Assembly (NCBI RefSeq): GCF_004010195.1
Contig: NC_057718.1
Span: forward strand, 14,394,588 to 14,458,587
From: Chiloscyllium plagiosum
Taxonomy: Eukaryota
Reading direction: 5' to 3'
Length of the DNA: 64,000 bases
The notes beneath the pieces were generated by a model that was not told the origin of the DNA, ran no database searches, and saw only the letters and a program-made list of their open reading frames with translations. The position numbers were made by a program, and so were the translations under genes. Position 1 is the first letter of the stretch. Each line of letters begins with the position of its first letter. This document shows positions 13,601 to 27,226 of the stretch, piece after piece.

Positions 13601-14083
13601 CCTGGTCCACCCAGTCACTGAGCAGCAAGCAAAGCAGAGGTTCCAGCATCGTGGCCAAGCTGCCCCTGAGAGCCGTCAACGGCAGGATCTCAGAGCTGCT
13701 CCAGGGAAGCGCAGCAGCCAGGGGCAGCCAGCAGCGAGGCAGTGCAGAGTCTGAGAAGTGGAGCCTGCACTCGGGCGAGAAGTCCCCCCCTCAGGCCCTC
13801 CCATCGCCCTACAGCAAAGTCACCCCCCCCCGGAAACCTCACCGGTGTAGCAGTGGCCATGGCAGTGACAACAGCAGCGTGCTGAGTGGTGAACTCCCCC
13901 CGGCCATGGGCAAAACTGCCCTGTTCTACCACAGCGGAGGCAGCAGCGGCTATGAGAGCATGATCAGGGACAGCGAGGCCACGGGAAGCGCATCTTCCGC
14001 CCAGGACTCCATGAGTGAAAACGGAAACTCAGCAGTGGGTAGATCCAGGAGCATGAAATCTCCAAAGCGAAGGATGAACACAG
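10660..14083 (+). CDS. KIF26B: KIF26B large (3424 bp) Ser/Pro-rich tail exon
   Basis: Acceptor ctgcag|TAC, donor CAG|gtaaga. Encodes [111 protein letters not shown], which are KIF26 signature blocks. RRPTQLRPF and [11 protein letters not shown] match my recollection of KIF26B rather than KIF26A. Confidence 0.95.
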
Positions 14084-14219
14084 GTAAGATGAGAGCACAT
14101 CCTCTGTGGCGTCATTAGAAATAGTGGTGGTTATTACATCGGATGTACTGATCCAGTCATCTGAGGAGAAATTAAATAAATGCATGATTAAATAAAGGAT
14201 TTGACTGGAAAGGGAGAGA

Positions 14220-14490
14220 TGTTGCTGAAGATTTACATCTTACATTCAGGACACATGCTAGAATGCCAAATTCCAACCAATCTAAACAAGGAGAAGGGTG
14301 CTGATTTAGTCAACTCTGATTGGTCAAGGCTTTTCTGCAGCCACACAGGAGAAAGTCTCAGCAAATTGGAGGTGACTTATCAACCAATCAGCGCCCTGCT
14401 ATCCTGTTGTATAAATTGTTGTGATCCTTCCATTTTTGGCAATCTCACAGTTATCCTGATGAGTGTAAACCAAAATGCATCAGCATCAGC
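14220..14490. mobile_element. Imperfect palindromic element with a degenerate hammerhead-like motif
   Basis: 14221-14274 is an imperfect reverse complement of 14431-14487. The right arm reads ctgatga-gtgtaaac-caaa-atgcat. Confidence 0.45.
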
Positions 14491-16044
14491 AATCTATTGA
14501 GCAAGATTCACATATAATACTGTCCTGCTGCGTAACAGTTTGAATGGAGGCATTTGCTGGGAGGAAATAGAGCAGTTGGGCCAAACGGCATGTTTCTGTG
14601 CTGGAAATACTATGTAGTTCCATGATCTTAACCTGTGGAGAGTGGAGGATAGGTTGGAGTGTCTGGGAGTGTGGCAAAGTATTGTGATGGGGATACTGGG
14701 CCATGGCATTATTTGGAATAGGAACCACCTATCCAGCTTTTGACCTAGTAGCCTTATTCTGAGACTGGCCGCTGATATTTCACGAGCTGTAACCTGGTTA
14801 AGAAAATTCAGTTTCCATGGTGATGAGGATACACGATGAAGTCCAACTCTGCGTGTGAGAAAGGCTTGCTCAGGCCACACATAAATATGATGCTATCTCC
14901 CTTTTCACACGTGAGTGGCCTCGTCTCTGTTTACAGGGTCACGGCTAACAGAGCAATTAGTGATTAGTTGATCGAATTAGTTGACATGTGTTTCTCAGGG
15001 GAGATGCTGGTGTATTGGCAATGTCTCTGGGCAGGTAGTTCCTGCTCTGAAGATTGTGGATTCAAATCCCCTCACCGCACGTCCATTTGGCTTTAATTAA
15101 TAAACCTGGAATATCCAACTAATCGCTGTGATCGTGACCATGAACTTTAAACGAGTTTATCATTTAAAACCCACCTGGTTTATTAATGAGTTGTTAGATC
15201 AGGAAATCCGCCGCTTGGCCTACATGTGACTCTCGGCCCACAGCAAGGTGTGCGACTCTGAATGGCCAACTGAAAGAGTAAGCAAGCCACTGAAGTCAAA
15301 GGGCATTTAGGGATAGGCAGCGATTGCTGACCGTACCAGTGATGCCCATACACCCATGAAAGAATACTTTAATAAATACGGTGCTAGGATCTCGATTTAA
15401 CTGCAAACTGTCGTTACTTTCTTTAATAACCCATTGCCTCTTGGCATCCTCAGACAAAGTTTACTTCACTTTTTTTGTTGTGGTAAGTTTCCAGGGGGTG
15501 CTGATGGGGTTTCTTCTTTTTTAACGTGAGAAAGCCAGAAGTTCAGTTTGTCGCCAGACATTTCTTTCTCCATTGGCTACAACAATTGTGGGCCATGTGA
15601 TTTTTAATTACTTTCGTAAGATCATGGGAATTCGGAGCAGGAGTAGGCTATTCGGTCCTTCGATCCTGCTGCAACATTCAAAAGGTAAGCAAGCCCAGAT
15701 GCAGCTCCAGGCGCACCGCCGTAGGGTTGGGTGACACCTGCCATCTGCAATGGTCTAGCAAGCGATTCAGTTCAAGGTCAGTTAGAGCTGAGCAATAAAT
15801 GCTGGCTTTGTCAGCAACACCCACATCCCATGGAAACAGTAACAGAGGTAAATAGCATCTCCAGTGAGTCTGGAGGCCCTCGATGGGTTTGCTTACACTA
15901 CATACACTTATTGATTGGTTCCTCTGCGTTGGCTGTGTCCATCAGCAGCAGCAACAAACAACTCCTTCAGAACACTCCCTCCTACCCACCTACCCCCTTT
16001 TTTCACTTATATTTATGGTAACCTCTGCTAACTGGGGTATGATA

Positions 16045-17030
16045 TGAATGGACGTCATGTTGCAGCTGTACAGGACGTTGGTGAGGCCGTTTTAGAATAC
16101 TGCGTATAATTCTGGTCACCTCACTACAGGGAAAGTGTTGTTAAACTCAAAAGGATTTACAAGGATGTTGCCAGGGTTGGAGGGGATGAGCTATAGGGAG
16201 AGGTTGAATAGGCTGGGGTTGTTTTCAATGTAGCTGAGGGATGACCTTATATAGGTTTATAAAATCATGAGGAGCATGGATAGGGTGAATAGACAAGCTT
16301 TTTTTCCTGGGGTGGGGAAGTCCAGAACTAGATGGGCATAGGATTAAAGTGAGAGTGGAAAGATTTAAAAAGAACCTGAGGGGTAATTTTTTCACGCAGA
16401 GAGTGGTGCGATCATGGAACAGGTTGCCAGAGGAATTGGTGGAGGCTGGTACAATTACAACATCTAAGAACAAAGAAAATTTACAGCCCAGGAACAGGCC
16501 CTTCAGCCCTCCAAGCCTGAGCTGATCCAAATCCACTGTCTAAACCTATCGCTCAATTCCTAAGGATCTGTATCCCTTTGCTCCCCACCTACTCATGCAT
16601 CTGGCCAGACACAACTTAAATGAATCTACCGGGCCTGCCTCTACTACCTCTGCTGGCAACGCGTTCCAGGCACCTATCACTCTATGTGTATCCCCCTTAA
16701 ACGTTTCAGCTCCCACCTTGAACGCATGACCTCTCGTTATTGAATCCCTCACCTTGGGAAAATGCTTGTCTCTATCTACCCTGTCTATACCCTTCATGAA
16801 TTTGCAGACCTCAATCAGGTCACCCCCCCAGTCTCCTATTTTCTAATGAAGATTCTAATGATGCTGCCTTTTTTAAAAAGGCATCTGGATGGGTATATGA
16901 ACGGGAAGTGTTTGGAGAAATATGGCCCAAATGCTGGAAAATGGGACTAGGTCAAATTGGGATATCTGGTTGGCATGGATGAGTTGGTCCAAAGGGTCTG
17001 TTTCCATGCTGAACGACATTATGACTCTGT
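16045..17030 (+). mobile_element. CR1-like LINE 3' part containing a nested opposite-strand CR1 copy (~16467-16850)
   Basis: CR1 ORF2 remnants occur on both strands. The + copy resumes at ~16875 (aaaaggcatctggatggg). Confidence 0.85.
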
Positions 17031-17488
17031 AACTGGAGGGCATCAAACCCCAGCTCCTTCAGTGACAGTGACCATTGATTGTTATAAAATCCCACCTGGT
17101 TCACTGATTCTGTTCTGGAAGAGAAACCAGCCATCTTCACCCAGCCTTGACCCTACACCAGCCTCCAGACCAACCACAATTTGGTTCACCTGAAACTGCC
17201 ATCATAAATGCCCCATGCAATTGCCCAGCTCAAGGGCAATTAGGGATCGGGAACACATGCTGGCTTGGACAAGCAACACCTACATCCCGTAAACTAATAA
17301 AGAAAAGAAAGGCGTCCGTTTTGAAAGCATTGTGTATTCCGGCAAGGATGAAGTCAAAGCTGTGTGAATAGTGGTTATTCACTAGTGAGGTGATCTCATT
17401 GAAACAGATATCCTTAATAGGCTTGACAGGATAGGTGCTGAGGTAATGTTTCCCCTTCTGGCAGAGTATATGACCAGAAGGTAGACTC

Positions 17489-17637
17489 TCAGAATAAAGG
17501 GAGGAGAAAGTGAGGACTGCAGATGCTGGAGATCAGAGCTGAAAATGTGTTGCTGGAAAAGCGCAGCAGGTCAGGCAGCATCCAAGGGGCAGGAGAATCA
17601 ACGTTTCGGGCATAAGCCCTTCTTCAGAATAAAGGGA
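17489..17637 (-). mobile_element. Penelope-like pLTR insertion in a CR1 fragment, 14-bp TSD, hammerhead motif at 17598-17627
   Basis: TCAGAATAAAGGGA occurs at 17489-17502 and 17624-17637. The minus strand reads ctgaaga-a-gggc-ttat-gccc-gaaacgttga. Confidence 0.85.
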
Positions 17638-18844
17638 CACCAATTTAAGACTGAGATGAGGACGAATTTCTTCTCTCTGAAGGTTGTGAGTCTTTGGAAC
17701 TCCTTGCCACAGACTCATTATGTATATGTAAAGCTGAGATAGATTCTTGATAATTTGGGGAAATCAAAGGTGACGGGTAAAGGGCAGGAACATGGATGTG
17801 AGGAACGTTGGAGCAGCCATGAACCTGTTAATGGTGGAGCAGGCTCGAAGAGCTGAATGGCCTCCTCCTGGTCTGTTCTGCATCCCCACCCACTCACGCA
17901 AACAGCCTTTGCAGAAATCTCCAGAAGTGCCTCTGCGAGGGACCTGTCTTGACGATGGCCCTTATGTTTCCCAGCCAAGGGCAAGCAACCAGTCCGTGTG
18001 GGCATGTGCCTGAAACAATGCATTGCTTGTAGCGCAGGTACCCATGAGGACCATCACAGCTGAGCCCATATTAGGCAGAGACTCTGTTGCAGAGCTCCCA
18101 GGATAGCAGTTGGGAGTGCTAATAGTCCCCTGTACAAACTCAGGGAGACTGAAGGGAATCCTCGGACTGATTTGGTTTTCCAAAAGGTTTAATAATTCTG
18201 GCCTTCTTTCTAGGCCAATACTGCATAAAGGTGTTGAAGGTTACAGATCCTAGGTGTGTAAATATGGTTAAAATACAATTTGCTTTGATCTAATTGAAGA
18301 GCAGAACAGATTTGAGGGGGTAGTTCTAACATTATTCCCAGGTTCGAGCGAATTAAAACTCCCAATAGCACTTCTAGAGAAAGGAACAAAATTCTACTTA
18401 CTTTTTTGAATTCCAGCCAAATATTGAAACATTTGCTTTCGTTTCCACATAGAACAGATGGTGGTGAAAGCTGCTTGAAGTTGGTCCAGTTAGTGGGCTG
18501 ATTAATAAGGTAGGATTCAGACCCTGTTCTGGAGCTAGACTGATTTCCGAAAGCTGGACATATCCTGACACAGTTCACTGGGGGTGGGAGGTGGGGGTGG
18601 TGGGGTGTTTTTGGTGGCACCATTGTTAACATTGAGGATTCCAAACTCTGGGGGAATGTCCCTTGGAATTCCCAAGGCTAAGGACATCTGGTATTGAAGT
18701 GAGACAGGAGAAAAGGCAGCAGGTTTCCTGGGGAGTTCTCAAACCCATTTCATTCATCCCAAGTCTTTGAAAGGAAAGGCAAGTGGTAACTTCCACAAGA
18801 GTTTCTATATTCTTCATGTAGCCTTCTCCAACTCGGCTCTCAGC

Positions 18845-19880
18845 CTTTCGACAAGGTCCCACATGGGAGACTGAGAATTTTAAAGCACATAGAATTGTGG
18901 GAAACTTGGCAAGATGGATTAGAAACTGCCAAGTAATAGGACACAGAGGGTAGTGGTCGAAGGCTGTTCGAGTGACTGGAGGCTGGTGTCCAACAGTGTG
19001 CCACAAGGATCAGTATTGGGACTCTTATTGTTTATCATATACATAAATAATATAGATGAAAATGTTGGGGGAATGTTCAGCAAATTTGCAGGTGACACCA
19101 AGATTGTTAAAGTGGTTAAGAGTGAAGAAGATGGGTGTAGGTTACAGAAAGATGTAGATGGGTTGGTCAGATGGGCAAACCAGTGGCAGATGGTATTTAA
19201 CTCCGATTAGTGTGAGGTGAAGCATTTCCGATAAAGAAACACGATGAGGGAGGATTTAATGAATGGTAGGACACTGGGTAGATTAGAGGAACAGAGGGAT
19301 CTTGTGATAATTATTGGTTAGGCCATAGCTGGAATACTGTGTGCAGTTCTGGTCCCCTCACTACAGGAAGGATGTGATAGCACGAGGAGGGATACAGAGG
19401 AATTCACCAGGATGTTGCCTGGGATGGAACAAATGAGCTACAAGGAGAGACAAGATACTCTTGGATTGTTTTCCTTAAAGCAGAGAAAATTGTGGGGTGG
19501 GGGGGGTCGCTGATTGAGGTGTATAAGATCATGAGGGGTACGGACAGGGTGAATAGAGAGCAGCTGTTCCCTTTGCCTGAGGGGTCAATCACAAGAAGGC
19601 ACAGTTTTAGGGTAAGGGGCAGAAGATTCAGAGGGGCTATGGGAAAACCCTTTGTCACTCAGTGGGAGGTGGGAATCTGGAATGCACTGCCTGGGACAGT
19701 AGTGGAGGTTGGAAACCTTTATAACTTTTAAGAAGTATTTGGATGAGCACTTCAGCTATGATAATATTCAAGGATATGGGACAAACGCAGGAAATTGGGA
19801 TTAACGCACCATTAGTGATAATTATGTTGGTGCAGACTGGATGGGGCTGAAGGGTCTTTTCTGCACTGTATGAATCTGTG
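18845..19880 (+). mobile_element. CR1-like LINE RT/3' fragment
   Basis: Encodes [26 protein letters not shown] (RT core, degenerate FADD) and ends in a CR1 tail. Confidence 0.9.
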
Positions 19881-20085
19881 TATCTCACGGGGCCTTTCCA
19901 GACTGCATCTTTTGTGGTCACTGTCCTGTGTACCTGCTCTAGGCCCTCATTGTGCTGTGATCTTGAAGCCCATGTGCTGTGACCTTTGAACTGCTAAAAT
20001 GAAATAATGTAACAAAAACCAAAATCTCCACTTCCAGGTGGGGGCATTCATACAGAATGCTTGGCCATAATCTCTTGATTCACCA

Positions 20086-21160
20086 TTCATAGAGTCATAA
20101 AGCTGTACAGCATGGAAAATGACCCCTCGGCCCAACTCATCCATGCTGACCAGATATCCTAACCTAATCTAGTCCCATTTGCCAGCACTTGGCACATATC
20201 CCTCTAAAAGGTAAAAACAATGACTGCAGATGCTGGAAACCAGATTCTGGATTAGTGGTGCTGGAAGAGCACAGCAGTTCAGGCAGCATCCGAGGAGCAG
20301 CGAAATCGACGTTTCGGGCAAAAGCCCCTCATCAGGAATAAAGGCAGAGAGCCTGAAGCGTGGAGAGATAAGCTAGAGGAGAGTGGGGGTGGGGAGAAAG
20401 TAGCATAGGGTACAATAGGTGAGTGGGGGAGGGGATGAAGGTGATAGGTCAGGNNNNNNNNNNNNNNNNNNNNNNNNNNNNNNNNNNNNNNNNNNNNNNN
20501 NNNNNNNNNNNNNNNNNNNNNNNNNNNNNNNNNNNNNNNNNNNNNNNNNNNNNNNNNNNNNNNNNNNNNNNNNNNNNNNNNNNNNNNNNNNNNNNNNNNN
20601 NNNNNNNNNNNNNNNNNNNNNNNNNNNNNNNNNNNNNNNNNNNNNNNNNNNNNNNNNNNNNNNNNNNNNNNNNNNNNNNNNNNNNNNNNNNNNNNNNNNN
20701 NNNNNNNNNNNNNNNNNNNNNNNNNNNNNNNNNNNNNNNNNNNNNNNNNNNNNNNNNNNNNNNNNNNNNNNNNNNNNNNNNNNNNNNNNNNNNNNNNNNN
20801 NNNNNNNNNNNNNNNNNNNNNNNNNNNNNNNNNNNNNNNNNNNNNNNNNNNNNNTACTCTGACCAATAAAGGAAAGCATACCAAACGCCTTCTGCACTAT
20901 CCTGTCTACCTGCAACTCCACTTTCAAGGAGCTATGAACCAGCACTCCAAGGTCTGTTTGTTCAGCAAGACTCCCAAGGACCTTACTATTAAGTGTATAA
21001 GTCCTGCTAAGATTTGCTTTCCCAAAATGCAGCACCTGCACTTATCTAAATTAAACTCCATCTGCCACTTCTCAGCCCATTGATCCACCTGATCAAGATC
21101 CCATTGTAATCTGAGGTAACCTTCTTCGCTGTCCACTACACCTCCAATTTTGGTGTCTAA
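20086..21160 (-). mobile_element. CR1-like LINE interrupted by a Penelope-like element (from 20210 into the gap)
   Basis: CR1 tail at 20086-20208 and WQMEFN..VLHFG remnants after the gap. The Penelope pLTR has ctgatgaggggcttttgcccgaaacgtcga on the minus strand at 20306-20335. Confidence 0.85.
20454..20854. other. Assembly gap (401 N)
   Basis: Run of N. Confidence 1.
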
Positions 21161-21459
21161 CTATAACCTCCTTTGCTTACCATTCTTTGACCTTGACCTT
21201 TATCAGTGGGTTGTCAACCCTCAAGGATTTCTCTGCACTCTCCAGGAAATGGAGGACGGGGTGGGAGTGGAAAGGCTGATTGACTGACTGAGAGCCAGGA
21301 ATCAGCTAGGCTTGTGGCTCTCCAAAGGGAGTGAGGATGGACCTACTGAGTGACTGAAACCTCCAAGGCACCTTCTGACCAGAATTGGCAACATTGTTTC
21401 TCTGCGAAACAAATTCATGGCATTTTCAAAGCCCATGCTGCTGTCATCACAAATTAGTT

Positions 21460-21736
21460 TCCCTACAGTGTGGAAACAGGCTCTTCGGCCCAACCAACCC
21501 TCCGAACAGTAACCCACCCAGAACTATTTCCCTCCGACTAATGCACCTAACACTCTGGGCAATTTAGCATAGCTAATTCACCTGACCTGCACATCTTTTG
21601 ACTGTGGGAGGAAACCCACGCAGACACGGGGAGAATGTGCAAACTCCACACAGACAGTCACCCGATGCTGGAATTGAACCTGGGACCCTGGTGCTGTGGG
21701 GCAGCAGTGCTAACCACTGAGCCACCATGCCATCCC
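21460..21736 (-). mobile_element. HE1-like tRNA-derived SINE
   Basis: Minus-strand head gtggctcagtggttagcactgctgcc..ggttcaattcc (Pol III A and B boxes). Its tail gggccgaag..cctgtttccacactgt matches the CR1/HER1 3' end. Confidence 0.85.
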
Positions 21737-24263
21737 AGTTTAAAATAAAGGCGGACTCTCATACTGTACAATTAGATCAGAAACTCCCTCACAGAAAAGG
21801 AGTGAAAATCAGAGAGAAGGTCTGATTGGATATTTCATCAGTGCCCAACTGCCCATTGCAGGCATAACAGACACAGCAGCACCAGTCTCAGTCTGAATGT
21901 CAGAATGCTGCATTTTACAAGATTAAACATGCAGAAATAAAATGATTAGGGAACCAAAAAGCTTCCCTTTTTCTGGGCTTAGAACTTTTCTAAGTTGTGC
22001 AAGATAGTTTGAATTTGGGTTCACAGATTTCCTGCTGAAGTCGGAAAAGGTGATTTCCATATATTTAATCGCTTATGAAGGTTTAAAATGTGCTCCCTGT
22101 GTATATTTCTGGTTTAATAACATATTTTTAAAAGAAAGAATTGCATTTACATAGCAACTTTCAATAACACTGGTGTCCTACAGAACTTTAGCACCAACTA
22201 ACTGGTCAGTGTCGTAATGTGGAAGGCCAGCTGGCAATTTGACCAAAGCAAGCCCCGAAAAAATAACAACGTGATAATCTGCTGTTGATTGAAGGATAAG
22301 TATTGATCATGCACCTGGAATAAATCCCATGGTGTTTTTAAAATTTAATGCCATGGGATGGGCAGACAGAACCTCAATTTTAATGTCCCATTCAAAAGAA
22401 CAGTCCCTTGAAAGTGCAGCACTGGAACACAACCCTGACTGTTAAATATGGAATTGCTCTTAAACACATAAATGTCTGATTCTGAGGTAAGACTGGCTGA
22501 AGCTAATGCATGATGCAGCACTGAGAGTGTCAGCTTAAACTTAATTTGGACCAAAGTTGGGTAGGAATATGGAATGGTGGTGTGGTGGTATTGTCACTGA
22601 ACTGGTAATCCAGATCCCAGGCTAATGTTCTTAAAGTTATGGATTCAAATTCCACTTCAGAAGTTTGGTATGGACTTGATGGGCTGAATGGCCTGCTTTC
22701 ACAGTGTAGGGATTTTATTACTTCTATGTGCAGCTGCTAGATGTTAAACTCAATAAATAAAGCCTAAGCATGTAAAATCAGCCTTTCTAATGGTAGCCAT
22801 GATAATCAATCAGCCATCCTTGGGGAAGTGGTAGCATAACTGGTATAGCGACTGGGCTAGTAACCAGAAACCCAGGCTAATGCTCTGGGGTCAGAGATAC
22901 AAATTCCCCCAATGGCACATGGTAAATTCTGGGATTAAAAAGGGAGGCTGCTCCTTGAGGGAGGGAACATTCCCTCCTTACCCAGTCTGGCCTACATGTA
23001 ACTCCAGAACCAGGGCAAAGAGTTAGGCAATAAACATTACCTGGTCACTGATGCCCATATACCGTGGTCTGGTGTACACATGATTCCATCGCTGAAATCG
23101 GTGTAGCAAGCCAATCAGTTCAACAAATGCTGCATTCCAGGAAACATTTTTAAAAACAAAAACCTGTTCTGAGTAATAGAGACTGTCATAATATTCATAA
23201 CTTGATTGACAGATAAATATTGACCACGCACCAAAACTCACATTTTGTTGGAGCACAGAAATGAGTAAAGGATCACCTCTCAAACAGCACGCTCATTGAT
23301 ATCTGCAGGGTAGGAGTGTGAGTGAAGTGCTAAAGACCCTTATAAATCCTTTAATACCCCTTTAAATAATGGCCTACACACTAATGGACCATGCAAATGG
23401 AGGGAATTAAAATGTATCTGGCTATTAACAGTCCTTATGTTCAACAGTGATGCTGTTCAGTAAAACAAGTGTTTCTTTCTGTATATCAGTGTGGAACCAA
23501 TTCACAGAGCCTACAATAAATACAATAGGGATCAAAGTAATCATATATATCACGCCTGGATTTAAGAGGCACATTTCTATTGCACTGAGTTCACAGCTTT
23601 AGGAAATTCTCTCACCGAGTATAATAGTCTTTTGTTAAAAATTGAAATTATTCAGCTTTAGTTATGATGGGATTGAACATCGTCAGGCACGATGAAAGCA
23701 GATCCTGCAGAATGTAATCTTTCTGAGGAGACTGTTGGAATCTGGTCCCTCTTGTGGTCTGTCCATTATTGTCAGCTGGGATGATGCAACTTTACGGTCG
23801 CCAGGGCCTTCGATTCCCTTACCTTTCTCCCTAAGCTCCTGTAATACCCATCACAGATTGTGTTTAAATAGCATTGCTGCTGTTGGGAAACACCCCAAGG
23901 CCTAGTCATGTGTCATGGGTTTGCATCCCACCCCAGCACCTTTTACAAACAGGGAATTATCTATATACTTCCACTGAATGGTGACCGTGACAACTGTCAC
24001 TGATTTTTGTAAAGACTGTCTGGTTTGCTGCTGTCTCACTGGGAAGGCAATATGTTGTTCTTACCTATATCTGTTTCCATGCGTACATCTTTATGAGCCG
24101 ATGCGACTCCAGGCCCACTGCAGTGTGGTTGACTCTCAACTATCTTCTGAAAATGCTGAGCAAGCCATTTGGTTCCAAGTCAATTAGAGATAGGCAACCA
24201 ATCATGGCCTTGACAATGACGCTCACATCGCATCAAAGATAAGAAGGACAGCTTTTCTAAATT

Positions 24264-24522
24264 CATAGAATCAATACAGTGTGGAAGCAGGCCATTCAGC
24301 CTATCGAGTTCACACCAATCCTCCAAAGAGCATTGCACATCCCTGCACACTATGGGGAATTTCCCATGGACAATCCACCTAACCTGCACAGCTTTGGACT
24401 GTGGAAGAAAACCCACGCAGACATGGAGAGAACGTGCAGACTCCACACGGACAGTCGACCAAGGATGGAATCAAACCCGGTCCCTGGTGCTGTGAGGTAG
24501 CAGTGCTAACCACTCAGCCGTC
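24264..24522 (-). mobile_element. HE1-like SINE
   Basis: Same consensus as 21460-21736. Confidence 0.85.
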
Positions 24523-24821
24523 TAATTCATAAGATGTGGGTGTCACTGGTTAGCCCAACATTTATTGCTCATATCTAATTGCTGAGAGTTAACAGTCATC
24601 CACATTGTTGTGGATATGGAGTCACATGTAGGCCAGGCCAAATAAGGAAGGCAGATTTCCTTCCCTGAAGGGCATTAGCAAACCAAGTGTTTTTTTTAAT
24701 GGCAATCAATAGTGGCTATATGGTCAACATTACAACACCTTTTAATTCCAGACTTTTTTTATTGAATTCAAATTTCACTAATTGCCATGATGGGATTCAC
24801 ATCCAAGTCCTCAAAGCCTGA

Positions 24822-25060
24822 CAGTGGCTTTGTGGGTTTCCTCTGGGTGCTCTGGTTCCCTTTCAGAGTCCAAAGATGTGCAGGTTAGGTGGATTTGCCA
24901 TGCTAAGTTGCCCATAGTATCCAAGGATGTATAGGTTAGGTGGGTTAGCCATGGAGAAATTTAGAGTAGGGGTTTGGTGTGGGTGGGATGCTCTTTGGAG
25001 GGTAATTGTGGACTTGATGGGCCGAATGGCCTGCTTCCACACTGACGGGATACTATGAAT
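24822..25060 (+). mobile_element. HE1-like SINE, 5'-truncated
   Basis: gtgggtttcctctgggtgctctgg..aaagatgtgcaggttaggtgg..gggccgaatggcctgcttccacactg. Confidence 0.8.
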
Positions 25061-27226
25061 AAAAGCTATGTCAATGAAGTAAGGCATACCTTAAAGCAAA
25101 GCAAAGAGAATGAGGTTTAGGGGAGGGAAATCCAGAGCTTGGAGTCCAGGCATCTGAAGCCAAGGATACCAGTGGTGAAGTGATTAAAATGGGGCTTTCT
25201 CATAAGGTGCGGTTTGATGAGCTAGGTGTCTTGGAATGTTGAGGGTCAGAACAACATAAGGAAGGGCCGTTGGAGAGAATTGAAAACAAGGCTCATAATT
25301 ATGGAATCAAACTTGTGTTTGACCAGAAATTATATGGAGGTCAGCAAGCACAAGGTTGATTGGTTTAAGTACATGGTGTAATTTAGGATTTGGACAACAG
25401 AATTTTGAATCCCCTTTCAAGTTTTAATGTTTACACCTCAACAACTTTGGAATATTGAGTTTAAAGACCCGCAGGAGAGGTGAGGTTCTGAAGCTGAGAA
25501 AAGGCAGATTCAGTGATGGTGTGAACTTGTGGCCATTAGCTCACCTCAAAGTTAAGTCTGATGTCAGGGAGAGGATTGGAGCCGGGAGCTGGGGAACAGA
25601 GTTTGGAGGGGAGACTAGAAAGGAATAATGGTGTTCCATCTTCCCAATATTTAATGGGAAGAAATGACTCCAGAAAGGCATGTAGAACTCACTGCATTGT
25701 ACACAAAAGGCAGGATCCATATGCGGTCCCTGTTTTCTGCTGCAGTGATAAAGCTGAATCCACATAGCCTCAGAAGCCCCTGACTGGGGAGCAGGAAACC
25801 TGATTGGGAGCCAGTGATCCACCAGGAAAGATTTGACCCGTTGACCTGAGGTGAGCATGAGGTTCAGCTGGGATGCCCTCAGAGTCAGGTGGCAGCAGTT
25901 ACCCAGGATGGGTTCAGATGAATGGCAATTGCGATGAGGTCCTGGAGACAGTAATGAGGCACAATAAGAGGAAACCTAACTCTTCCCGTGTTACACGGGG
26001 AAATACTGGCCTTGAGGCCAGGCTTGGGAAAACGTGCAGGGGAAAGAATAGACAAATGGTATGTTAGAAGTGGATAGCACTTTTCAAAGAGCCAGGAGAG
26101 TGACTTAATGAGCTGAACGGCCTCCTTTATAGCTGTGTTACTCTAAGACCTTGCAGCTCTCTATGGAGGCAAGGCTTACCTTTTCACAGTGATGTGTTTG
26201 TGGTGTTTGCTGCTCTGATAGCAGATGGTACAGATCCTAACCTGAGGATGATTTATATTTTTGGAAAGCCATGCCCTAGAGCACTTCCTGCCCTTTGGCC
26301 CTTTGTAAACACCTGCTTTGAAATGAACGTATCAAATGAGATCCCAATAAAATCCGTACAAATACTTGAACATGACTCAAAGGAATGGGATTAGGATCGC
26401 TGAACAAATGATAAACACAACAACCATTTCTGCCAAAGCCCCCTTCTCCCAGTAAACTGCTCTTGATTTCTCTTCTACCTTTCTACATATTTTCATTCTT
26501 CAATGGGATGTGGGCATTGCTGGCTGGGCTGGCATTTGGTATCCTTGCTTGGAGTTGAGGTACCCCTGCACTGCTGCTCAGGAGAAGAGAAGATGATGTA
26601 TGTCTAAGTCAGGATGGTGAGTGCTGAGGGGGGGTACCTGCAGGGATTGGCATTCCCAATGGGTCTGCTGCCTTTGTCCTTCCGGTCGGTAGAGGGCCGA
26701 GGTTTGGGACACACAAACCTCCAAACCCCAACTCAGCTTCTTGTGTCCGTATGTAACAGAGTCCGCAGGTTACCAGTTATTTCAGAATCCATCAGACTGC
26801 AGTGGGAACAAGACATCCTCGATCCTGAGGGACAGGCTGAGAGGAGAAGGAAGACGCAAGCAGAGACATTTTGGGATGAATATGAGGGGAAGGGAGTGGT
26901 CACTGTACCGCACTGACCAATCATTTCTCACTGAGCTTGTTTTGATTATTTTGAATTGATGTAAGAGGATCTCCTCATGTCGCTGAATGTTTTCTCATTT
27001 GGAGTGTGCACTTGTGACATCAAAGTGCCTGTCATCACAAAATAGCAATCTTACATTGTTGTCCTGTGTTCCCATCTGCAATCTACTCTTTATTTCAGAT
27101 TTCCAAGATCTGCACTATTTTACACTTGTGTCCCATTTTCTGTCATCTTCATGGGGAGCCTGATATTTTCTGTTTAGCCCAGGGGAAGCACCAGTGGCTA
27201 CAGCCCAGTTGTATTTTTCTACGATT

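Noticed and set aside
10774..13932. Antisense ORFs overlapping the large exon
   Set aside because: They are expected shadows of GC-rich coding sequence, with no independent support.
10708..14118. 1136-aa ORF as a stand-alone single-exon gene
   Set aside because: KIF26B similarity starts upstream of the ATG at an acceptor (10660) and ends at a donor (14083), so it is an internal exon.
20279..21041. Long ORFs here and at 29352-30119
   Set aside because: Their length comes from N runs; only the flanking transposon fragments are real.
21660..21736. tRNA genes (also near 27230, 56220 and 61110)
   Set aside because: These are tRNA-derived SINE heads fused to a SINE body and a LINE-like tail.
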